From the NCBI RefSeq assembly GCF_006345805.1, contig NW_021833453.1, positions 1 to 64,000 of the forward strand: 64,000 nucleotides of DNA. Direction: 5' to 3'. Every line of letters begins with the position of its first letter. Within the stretch, counting starts at the first letter, position 1. This DNA is from Octopus sinensis (taxonomy: Eukaryota). This document shows positions 22,500 to 33,088 of the stretch, piece by piece. The position numbers and the translations under genes were made by a program. Below the pieces are notes generated by a model. That model was given only the letters and a program-made list of their open reading frames with translations, did not search any database and was not told the DNA's origin.

Positions 22500-24952
22500 T
22501 GGTTGCTCATCTTACTAGAAATAACAGTGAAATTCCCTGTTTCTCCTGTAAATATTACACTGTACCATCCGTAAACTAAAAGATAAAAACAATATGCCTA
22601 GAATTTTAAAAAATGGGATGGTCATGACTGGAATACCTTTGAATAGGTTGGACCTTAGGGTTTAAGCAATAACTAGAATGACTGACTGTCTGACCATCAT
22701 TGTTGAAGTAGTTTAAATAATGGTGTCAGTAGTGGTGGAGGTTTCGACTGCTACTGGCTCTGCAACCACCACCACCACCACTATGACCACAACCACTGCT
22801 GTCACTGTGTCCATCCCTCCCAGTGCCACCTGGTGACAAGAGAGCCTCTATGTGATCACCCGACATGCTAGAAATAGCAGCAAAAAAGTGAAAGACAAAT
22901 TGGATAATGCAGTCCACAGGACATAGTGCCTAGAAAATGAATAAATGGGATGGTTGTAGCCGGAAACTAATGAATGGGATGGTTATAGCCTTTAATCCTG
23001 AATAGATATGCTCAATCAAAGCTGACATTGGGCTAAAACCATTACAGCAACAACAACAACTAAAACTACTACTACTAACTATCATTGTTGATGGTCGTGG
23101 TTGGGAAGGTGAGAATAATGTTGTTGATTGTGATGGTAACTGATGATGACAGTATTAAGGATAAAAGATGGTGATGATGGGGATAGAGTATTAAGGATGC
23201 TGGATGGTAGTGATGATGATGTTTCTGATGACAACAGTTGATGGTACAGTACGGATGAAAGATGTACAACTATGCTTGCTCATACAGGTGATGATGATGA
23301 TGATGATGATGATGAGAATAAGGGATTACTGATGTTAACAATGATGGTGGTAATGATGACTGGCTGAGATGGTGATGGTGGAGCCTGTTACTCCCTCCCT
23401 TTCTCCATGCATTTGTTTCCTTCTTGCTCCACACCTCCATCACCCTCCATCCACTCAATCACCCAACCACAAACTGAGAACACTTCACCTGTCCCTTTCA
23501 ATTGGTGCCACTGTCACCACCATTACCACCACCACCTTTCAACACTATATAAGTCAACGGGAGTGGGAGGGGGACATACTTCCCTATGCTACATTTTGGC
23601 TTGTTAGAAATAGAAGTCAAATTGCCCTTGAATCACAACTTGTCTTTAAAAAAAGTGACCACCACCACCACTATGAGACAAAACAATGTATGTCTTTAGA
23701 TATTACGCTCTATTGCTTGAAATAGCAGCCAAATTTCCCTTAAATCACAATCCTAGTTTTAAAAAAGAGACTTCAACTTTGAATCATAGCCTGCCAGGAC
23801 CATTAAATAAGTCATATTTCACTTAGATTTAAAAAACAAATGAAGACAATTGTGTTACTGTTATTTATTGCTGCTGCTGCTGTTGAGTATGTGATGATTG
23901 TGAAGGTCAAAGTTTGAGATTCTATGGTGGTGGTGGTGGTGGTGGTGGTGGTTGTGGTGGTGGTGGTGGTGGTGGCGGTGGTGGTGGTGGCTAAAAGAGA
24001 ATTTTCTTTGATTGTCACAAATGTTTACTTGGTTTTTTTTTAAACCATATATTTGAATTTGAATATTTTCACGTGTATGTATCTGTGCATGTAATCAGAG
24101 GTGTATATGATGCCACATGCTTCATACTGCTAGTGTTTAATGCAGTTCTATGTGATTGGTAATAAAATAAAAAAATTTCTCTTGTGTATGAATGTGTGTG
24201 TGCATGCGTATAATATATAAATATGTATGTATGTGTATATATGTATGGATGAATGTATATATGTGCATGTACGTCTATATATATATTATGTAAACAGATA
24301 TATTTGTATATATGTATTTACCTGTATGAGTATCTATCTGTTTATATATGTACACACATGTATATTTGTGTGCGACTCACACAAGTACATGTATTTGTAT
24401 ACACATATACATACATATAACTACACTCAACAAACATATATATACATTTGTTCGCAGATTTAATGTTTGGTCCCCCCCCCTTTAGTATAGGTTAGACAAA
24501 CGCTTTTTATTGAAGCGTTCCACTCTGCTGCTCTTCCTCTTGCTGACTCTTTTTTCAAGTTAGTGATTTTTATTCTGCTTGTCTTTGAAGGAGGATTTCT
24601 TGACTGGCAGTTGTCAGCATAATGTCACTGCTTTTGTCTTTCAAGCAAAAACATTACTAAAACAAAAACACAGAGAGAGAGAGAGAGAGATTCCATCTAT
24701 CAATTTCTCTCACAAAGCTATAGTAGAAGATGCTGGCCCAACATGCTGCACAGGGGTATTGAATCCGAAAATCATGTGGTTGCAAATAAAATTTCTTAAT
24801 CATATAGCCATGCCTGTGTGTGTGTGTGTGTGTGTGTGTGCACATACATACACCTGTATATACACACAGATATTATGTATAAAACTATAACAGATGAAGC
24901 AATTTACATTTCTTGAGAGCCAAAGCACATACCATTCACTCTAGAATTGAAA

Positions 24953-24990
<38 letters not shown>

Positions 24991-25000
24991 AACGTATTGA
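22500..25000. repeat. Simple-repeat-rich region ((GAT)n, (CAC)n, (GGT)n, (TA)n, (GA)n, (TG)n) with several copies of a short dispersed repeat
   Basis: Microsatellites are read directly. The motif ...tagaaatagcagccaaat... recurs near 22510, 22865, 23600 and 23715, and tgggatggt recurs near 22615, 22946 and 22975. Confidence 0.8.
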
Positions 25001-25514
25001 ATGACTTCCAATTTCTTAGTGTCTTGCTACAGACCAAATATCACTCAGTGGAGCCAGGACTACAGCTAATAATGTTTTCTTTGTCTGAAGAACATTTTAT
25101 GTAGTTATAGTCATGACTCCATTGATTGTTCTAGTGTTGTATTTCCCTGAATCAGCTAAGACATGCTCACAGGTACACACACACATACACACACCTACTT
25201 ACCTACACCTATTTTGGCTTAATTTGGGCAGAGGGAATGACAGGTGCTCTATGATGTAATCATTAACAGGATCACCTTGAACTGACCTCTTAGACTGTAA
25301 ATATCTTACATTATTTATGTGTGTGTGTATATAAATATATATATATGTATATAGACATATATGCATTTTTTAAATCATCTGTATTAAATTTTTAAATATT
25401 TCTTTTTCATAAAGATTTTGTTGTTCCTTTTTTCTTGTTGAGAAGAGAAAAATAATTCCAGATATTGTATACTGTTCTGTTTGTAATTCCATACATTCAT
25501 ATATCTGTCTGTTT

Positions 25515-26284
25515 TGTTACGACCTGGTGGCCATAACCCGAATTTACAGATTCAACAAAGATAGGATGAACCCAAATCAACAACACCATGAAATTATTAA
25601 CAATTGTCAGCATGGAAAAAGCAGCCTACATACAAAAACAAATATATACATTAACAAAAAACCAATGCCACACAATACATGCAGTCAAAATATTTACAAA
25701 GGTAACATAAATACAGTTCAGAAATTCAGACTCAGAATCACAGCTTCACCAACTTGATTTCACAAACTTGGATCTGTAACTCTGGATTCACAATTTTTGG
25801 TTTCACCAAAATTGGCCTCACACAAACCCTGGCCATACAAATTTGCTTTTTCAAAAAGATGGATTCCAAACATTTAGATTTCATAAAATCTGGACTTCCA
25901 TTTTAGTACAAATTCAATTTTTGAACCTTAGACCCAGATGTGACACAGAAATTTTTTAAAATCTGACGGCAGTTCTGGCGAATTCCTGGAGCATAAAATA
26001 AATCCCTAAATACCTAACACAAAGCACAGAGTGCGTAAACTAAGCAGACAATCACAGCTTCCAAAATCCAATTGAACAACTTTGTCTCACAGAAAAAACT
26101 GTCAGAAAAACTGCGGGGTATAATTATCTTTGCTTATAAAGGTTTGCCAAGGTCTAGCCAATATGTTATAGTTTCACAGTTTTGGCTAATAATACCTAGC
26201 TTCCCCCATTTTGACAATGGACAGTGCAGCATGAAAAACTGTTTACCTGTTTAACTTAACATTAGGATTTAATATTTCCTAACA
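25515..26284 (-). mobile_element. 3' LTR (770 bp) of a Gypsy-type retrotransposon
   Basis: The minus strand starts TGTTAGGA (26284) and ends TCGTAACA (25515), a 7/8 terminal inverted match. The polypurine tract AAGGGGAAAGGAA at 26285-26297 directly precedes it. Confidence 0.8.
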
Positions 26285-26297
26285 TTCCTTTCCCCTT

Positions 26298-26806
26298 AAA
26301 AGGGAAAATTTTTATGCGCAATAAACAATTTTCAAAAAGATACAAATATCATCCAGAAAATGTAGAAGTCAAATATGTACTTGTACATAAAATATATACA
26401 TGGTAAGTGCTAACACCTGGATAGTGCAAGTAAATTAGCATTTCCTGCAATATGACAAATATTCAAACTAAATTGTGTTGCAGGTACAAGCTCCACCTCA
26501 GAATCCTCTGATTAGTGCCTTTCACTTTATTAATGAAAAGTAAGGGATTGTGATCTGCTTCACCAAAGCATCAGCTACAGTAGTTGCAGAAACTTCTTTC
26601 AACGGAATTGTCTCTGGTGATCCAATACAGTTAATAAGTAGTGATATCCTGCCTTTGTTCTGGGCAATGGACCAACCACATCAATAATAATCTTGGAAAA
26701 GGATTCTTTTACAGCCAGAATGGGCTTTAAGGGTGCCTTGTCCATGGTTGCATTGGGTTTTCCCACTAACTGACGTGTTACAAGTTCTACAATCACAGAC
26801 AACATT
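26298..26806 (-). mobile_element. Internally deleted Gypsy pol remnant: integrase N-part fused to the RNase H C-terminus
   Basis: CRTCNT/QLVGKPNATMDKAPLKPILAVKESFSKIIIDVVGPLPRTKAGYHYLLTVLD / PETIPLKEVSATTVADALVK (integrase), then DHNPLLFINKVKGTNQRILRWSLYLQ / FSLNICHIAGNANLLALSRC* (RNase H end). Confidence 0.85.
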
Positions 26807-28133
26807 GAATGTACCCCACAACATAGACTAATAGTTAGTGACTTCAGGATCAGGTCTAAGAGACGACCAACATGGAGAAGAAGGATCTGGAAGCTTAAAG
26901 ATCCTGCGAATGGACAGAGACTTAGGGACATATTACTTGAAGCCGTTGACGAAGTAGTAGGAGATATAGCTTCACATAGGGTAGAAGACTACTGGAGGTC
27001 TCTAAGGGACAACCTGCCACGGACCAGATCTGTGGATGGTGTAAAGTACCCTCTCGACTCAAAATAACGTGGTGGTGGAACAATGTTGTAGACAGGGCTA
27101 TTAGAGAAAAGAGACAGGCTTGGAAGGACTGGAAAAATGGTGGTAGCAGGGAATTGTATCAGACTGCCAAAAGAGAAGCTAGGAGACAGGTTTATTTAGC
27201 CAGAGGGGAAGCAGATAAGAAAAAATTTGCCAATGTTCTGCGCCGTGAGGACCAAAGGCTGGAGGTATTCTGTGTTGCAAGACAGTGTGTGAGAGAGAAT
27301 CGTGATGTTGTAGGAGAGAAATGTGTTCGCATAGATGATGGTTCATTAACACTGAATGAGGCTGCAAAGAGAGAGGTTTGGAGACACCACTATGAAAGGT
27401 TGCTGAATAAAAAAAATGAATGGGATAAAAAGAGTCTGCCGAATGTCGACCCAACAGAGGGACCAGCTATCTGAGTTGACAGTTCCTTAGTAGTTAAGGC
27501 AATTAGTGGAATGAAGACAGGGAAAGCCCCAGGCCCATCAGGAATTACTGCAGAGATGCTTAAAATATCTGGTAGTGTCGGCTATAGTCTAGTCACCCAT
27601 ATAGTTAACCAGGTGATACATGAAGGAGTCATACCCAATGACTGGTGTAGCAGCATAATAGTCAATTGCTACAAAGGTAAAGGTCACGCTTTTAGATACA
27701 AATAATTACAGAGGTATCAAGCTGTTGGATTAGGTAATGAAGGTTACGGAGAGGGTCATAGCCCAACTGATTAGGGTGAGTGTCAGCTTGGATGAGATGC
27801 AGTTTGGTTTAGTGCCAGGGAAAAGCACCACTGATGCTATATTCCTGGTAAGACAGCTGCAGGAGAAATATCTAGCCAAAGATAAGCCCCTGTACCTGGC
27901 TTTCGTTGACATGCAGAAAGCCTTTGATAGAGTCCCCCGATCCCTTATCAATGAGGAAACTAGGGATAGATGAATGGTTAGTGAGAGCTGTACAAGCCAT
28001 GTACACGCTGTCAGTAAGGTGAGGGTTGGCAACGAGTATACTAAAGAATTCAGGGTAGAGGTAGGGGTCCACCAAGGTTCTGTCCTCACCCCCCTCCTAT
28101 TTATCATAGTCCTCCAGGCAATAACTCCTTCTG
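26807..28133 (+). mobile_element. RTE LINE fragment (endonuclease end to mid-RT), truncated at both ends
   Basis: It starts at ECTPQHRLIVSDFR and includes ORFs 27154-27474, 27511-27705 and 27737-27973. It stops after VHQGSVLTPLLFIIVLQAIT, before YADD. Confidence 0.93.
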
Positions 28134-28146
28134 AGTCGACTTCACT

Positions 28147-28210
28147 GTCCATACCCTTCGGTCCATACCCTTCCGTCCATACCCTTCCGTCCATACCCTT
28201 CCGTCCATAC
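28147..28210 (+). repeat. 14-bp C-rich minisatellite (GTCCATACCCTTCC) x4.5
   Basis: Read directly; one unit carries a C>G variant. Confidence 0.95.
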
Positions 28211-28287
28211 ATTATACCTGCCAAATTTAAGACACATTTACAATATTTCAAATCTCACTTAAAAATTAAAAAATATAAATCCTATTG

Positions 28288-29920
28288 TAAGGGTTAGGGT
28301 TAGGGATAGGGGTAGGGTTAGGGTTAGGGTTAGGGTTAGAGTTAGGGAAAGGGTTAGGGTTAGGGTTAAGTGTAGGGTTAGGGATAGGGTTACGGTTTGG
28401 ATTAGGGTTTGGATTAGGGTTACGGTAAGGTCTAGGGTCAGGGTTAGGGTAAGGGGTAGAGTTAGGGTTAGGGTTAGGGTTAAGTGTAGGATTAGGGTTA
28501 GGGTTATGGTTTGGATTAGGCTAAGGTAAGGAATTAGAGTCAGGGTTAGGGTTAGGGTAAGGGGTAGAGTTAGGGTTAGGGTTAGGGGTTAGAGTAAGGG
28601 TTAGGGTTAAGTGTAGGTTAGGGTTAGGGTTAGAGTTAGGTTAGGGTTAGGGTAAGGGTTAGGGTTAGGGTTAGGGTAAGGGATAGAGTTAGTGTTAGGG
28701 TTAGGGTTAGGGTTAAGTGTAGGGTTGGGGTTAGGGTTAGGGTTAGCATTAGGGTTAGGGTTAGGGTTATGGTTTGGATTAGGCTAAGGTAAGGGATTAG
28801 AGTCAGGGTTAGGGTAAGGGGTAGATTTAGGGTTAGGGTTAGGTTGTGGGTTAAGTGTAGGGTTAGGTTAGGGTTAGGGTAAGGGATAGAGTTAGTGTTA
28901 GGGTTAGGGTTAGAGTTAGGGTTAGGGTTAGGGTTAGGTTGTGGGTTAAGTGTAGGGTTAGGGTTAGGGATAGGGTTAAGGTTAGGGTTAGGGTTAGGGC
29001 GAGGTTCAGGGATTAGGGTTAGGGTTAGGGTAGGGTTAAGTTTAGGGTTAGCGTTAGGATTAGGATTAGGGTTAGGGTTAGGGTTAGTGTTAGGGTTAGA
29101 GTTAGGGTTAGGGTTATGGTTTGGATTAGGGTTACGGTTAGGGCTAGGGTCAGGGATTAGAGTCAGGGTTAGGGTAAGGGGTAGAGTTAGTGTTAGGGTT
29201 AGGGTTAGGGTAAGGGTTAGGGTTAAGGAAAGGGTTGGGGTTAGGGTTATGGTTTGGATTAGGGTTACGGTTAGGGCTAGGGTCAGGGATTAGATTCAGG
29301 GTTAGGGTAAGGGGTAGAGTTTGTGTTATGGTTAGGGTTAAGGTTAGGGTTAGGGTTAGGGTTAGGGTTGGGTTTTGGGTTAGGGATAGGGTTAGGGTTA
29401 GGGTTACGGTTACGGTCAGGGATTAGAGTCAGGGTAAGGGGTAGAGTTAGGGTTAGGGTTAGGGTTAGGGTTAGGGTTAGAGTTAGGTTAGGGTTAGGGT
29501 TAGGGTTAATGTTAGGGTTAGGGTTAGCTGTAGAGTTAGTGTAAGGGATAGGGTTAGGGTTAGGTGTAGAGTTAGTTTTAGGGTTAGGGTTAAGTTTAGG
29601 GCTAGGGTCAGGGGTTAGAGTCAGGGTTAGGGTTAGGGTTAGGGGTAGAATTAGGGTTAGGATTAGGTTAGGGTTTGATTAATTTTAAGGTTAGTGTTAG
29701 GGTTAGGGTTAGCGTTTGGAGTAGGTTTACGGTTAGGGCTAGTGGTTAGAGTCAGGTTAGGGTTAGTTTTAGGGTGAGGGGTTAGGGTTAGGGTTGGGGT
29801 TAGAGTTTGGCTTAGGGTTAGGGTTAGTGTTGGGGTTAGGGTTAAGGTTAGGGTTGGGGGTTAGGGTTGGAGTTAGGTTGGGGTTAGGTTTATGGTTAGC
29901 ATTAGGGTTTGAGTTAGTGT
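28288..29920 (+). repeat. Degenerate telomeric (TTAGGG)n array, interstitial in this assembly
   Basis: ~1.6 kb of TTAGGG mixed with variants (TAAGGG, TTAGAG, TTAAGTGTAGG, TTTGGATTAGG). A further 34 kb of non-telomeric sequence follows. Confidence 0.97.
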
Positions 29921-30398
29921 CAAATATAAGTTAATTGATAGAAAATAAGCTTACGTTGATTGTAAGAGTTCACTGAAATCAGAAAAAGTTTTCAGAAAAG
30001 TATTGCAAATGCACACACAAAACTCACATAAAACACAGAAAACATCGACAAAACACACGCAAAATGCACACAATACACACAAAACAAATAAAACACACAC
30101 CAAAGGCACAAAAAACACGAAAAACTACAAAACAAACAATACGCACACACTAAACTCACACAAAACAGACAAAATATACACAGAAGACAAACAAAATACA
30201 ACTAACAGGAACGCAAAACACAAAAAACAGCAACAAAACAAACAAGACATAAGAAATATGCAAAACACACCTGAAATCACACAACCCACACAACACAACT
30301 ACTACTACTATTACTAATACTACTACTACTATTACTAATATTATTACGTCTACTATGACAACTACTTCTACTACTACTAATATTACTACTACTATTTT

Positions 30399-30433
<35 letters not shown>

Positions 30434-32560
30434 ATTCTACTAGTACTACTATTTGTACTACTACTACTAGTATTGCAAATAAGCATGAAAAAGTCAACAA
30501 AATTGCAAATGAGAAATTGTTGCTTCTTAGTGGACATTTAACACATTTGTGACATCACTTTTCTGACTCACTTAATGTTGTTTTGGAACTATGTATTAGC
30601 TGGTCGATAATAAGATTGTATGTAATAAAATATTTTATTACAATCACTAAAGTCATTCATAGAAATCTAAATGTATCAAAATAATGCAAATATGTAAGAA
30701 TGATAATAATATTAATAATTATAATGATAATAACAAAGTGTTTGTCAGAAAAATGACATCTAACAAATGTGTAACGAGTGCACTGAAAAAACAAATTTAA
30801 ATTTGCAATTTTGTTCACATTTACTTGCTTATTTGCAATACTTAGAATTTTGTTTTCTGAAAACTTTTCTGATTTCAGTGAACTCTTAAATCAATGCAAG
30901 TTTATTTTCAAACCAACCCCAACACTAACCCTAACAAAAACCCTAAAATTTACCCTAACTGTATCCCAAACCCCAAAAACCTAACCTTAAACATAACCCT
31001 AATTCCAACAGTATCGGTAACCCAACCCCTGAACACTAACCCTATCCCTAAACGTAACCCTAACCATTTTCTACTAATACTACTACTATTTGTACTACTA
31101 CTACTACTAATAATAATACTTACTATAACTACTACTACTATAACTACTACTACTACTACTAATACTACTAATACTAGTACTACTACTTCGACTACTACTA
31201 CTACTAATACTTCTACTATTTGAACTACTACTAATTCTACTAATGCTACACAAAACAAACGAAAAAACACGCCTCACGCACAAAACACCCGCGAAACAGA
31301 CGCAAAGCACACAAAACAAACAAAAAACACAGACAAAACAAATACAAAACACACAAAACACAAAAAGCACAAAAAACACAGAAAAAACACCATAAGGCAA
31401 AACTAACACACTAAAAACAAGCATTACCCAAAAAACACAAAAAGCACAAAAAACAAGCAAAACTCACATAAAACAAAAACAAAAGACTTTTCAAATGCAT
31501 AAAAAAGATGCATAAAAAAGACAAAACACAAAAAGTCTTGTGTTTACAAGACACTCTCAAAACACACTCAAAACACACTCAAAACACACAAAAACTACAC
31601 ACAAAACAAGCACTAAAGACTCTTAAAAGACACAAAACACTCTTGAAAGCACAAATAAAACACACAAAATACACACAAGAAACATAGTAAAAAAAATCAA
31701 AATACTCAAAAGTCACAAAAAACAGACACAAAAACACACAAAACAAACACAAAAACTCTTCAAAGACACTAAAAAGACACAAAAAACACTTTTTTGACTT
31801 GAGTGATCTCTTCGGTAAATATAAGTTAACTGATTGATAAAAAGCTTATATTTATCCAAGAGGTCACTGAAGTCTCGAAAGTTTTCAGGCATATGTCTTT
31901 TGGATCAGTTTTTTGTGACTTTTTTGTTTTGAGTGTCTTTTGAGTGTTTTCGGTTGTTTTCTGTGTATTTTTTGTGTGTTTTCAAAATTGCTAATTTAAA
32001 TTTGCAATATTGGATCCTTCGGGATACAATATTGCAAATTTAAATTAGCAATTTTGATAAATTTTGATAAATTTAATTTTTTTATCAATCAGCTAACTTG
32101 TATTTACCCAAAGAGATCACTCAATTCATAAAAGCTTTCAGAAAAGAAAACCTGTCAAATAAGCATAACAAATTGAACAAAATTGCTAATTCAAATTTGT
32201 TGTTTTTTAGTACTTATTTGCAATATTTTCATGTATTTTTTTAATCTGAAAACTTTTGACACTTTAGTGATCTCTTTGATAAATATAAATCCAAGAGTTC
32301 ACTCAATTCATAAAACTTTTCAGAAAATAAAATGTGTCAAAATATTGCAAATAAGTATTAAAAAAAAAAAGTGTCAAAAGTTTCCAAGATACATGTGTCA
32401 ATGTATTGCAAATGCGTATTTAAAAAACAACAAATATGAATTAGCAAATTTTGTTCATTTTTTATGCTTATTTGCAATATTTTGACACATTTTATACCCT
32501 GAAAACATTTGAGACTTCAGTGATTTCTTGAGTAATTATAAGATCAAAAGTTTTCAAGAT
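29921..32560. repeat. Scrambled low-complexity zone: (ACT)n tracts, CA/A-rich runs and diverged fragments of the 141-bp satellite in both orientations
   Basis: (ACT)n at ~30295-30475 and ~31070-31250. Satellite motifs (aatattgcaaat, gagatcact, aaaagttttcag) occur on both strands. Confidence 0.8.
30911..31066 (-). repeat. Short degenerate (CCCTAA)n block (telomeric repeat in inverted orientation)
   Basis: aacactaaccctaac...aaaccctaa...taaccctaa...aaccctatccctaaacgtaaccctaacc. Confidence 0.85.
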
Positions 32561-32569
32561 ACAGAATAT

Positions 32570-33079
32570 GTCAGTGCCTCTGACTCACCAAAGATTATGT
32601 CAAACCTCTGGAGATCGTTTATCATGTTCAGTCATCTGGTGCAGGGCTTGCCATGGGGACCTTCCAGCTTATGGCTGAATGGTCTTAGGGAGGTCATCGT
32701 GCATATAGCTGACCAGGTAAAATGATGCTTTGCATCCCTGGCAACCCTGTAACAGTGCCTCTGCATCACCCAAGATTATATCAAAACTCTGGAGATCATC
32801 GTTTATCATGTTCAATCATCTGGTGCAGCGTTTCCCATGGGGTCCCTTTCAGCCTCTAGCTGAATGGTCTTAGGGAGGTCATCGTGCATAGAGCTGACCA
32901 AGTCCAAAAATGCTTCCAATCCCTGGCAACCCTGCACCAGTGCTTCTGCATCACCCAAGATTATATAAAACCTCTGAAGATCATTCTTTATCATGTTCAG
33001 ACATCTGGTGCAAGGCTTGCCATGGGGTCCCTTCCAGCCTGTAGCTGAATGGTCTTGGGGAGTTCATCGGGCATAGAGC
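32570..33079 (-). repeat. 185-bp satellite, block 1 (~3 monomers, inverted)
   Basis: Reverse complement of the monomer of the 33089-36797 block. Confidence 0.92.
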
Positions 33080-33088
33080 AGAGTCCAA

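Noticed and set aside
22940-24166. AATAAA at 22940 and 24161 as the MAN2A poly(A) signal
   Set aside because: AATAAA is common in such AT-rich DNA, the first lies in a dispersed repeat, and the two cannot be distinguished without transcript data.
28895-29544. ORFs of poly-(LG) and poly-(VR) sequence
   Set aside because: They are simply reading frames of TTAGGG repeats. There is no evidence of transcription or translation here.
29992-31782. Thr-, Val- or Lys-rich ORFs
   Set aside because: They are translations of (ACT)n and CA-rich low-complexity DNA.
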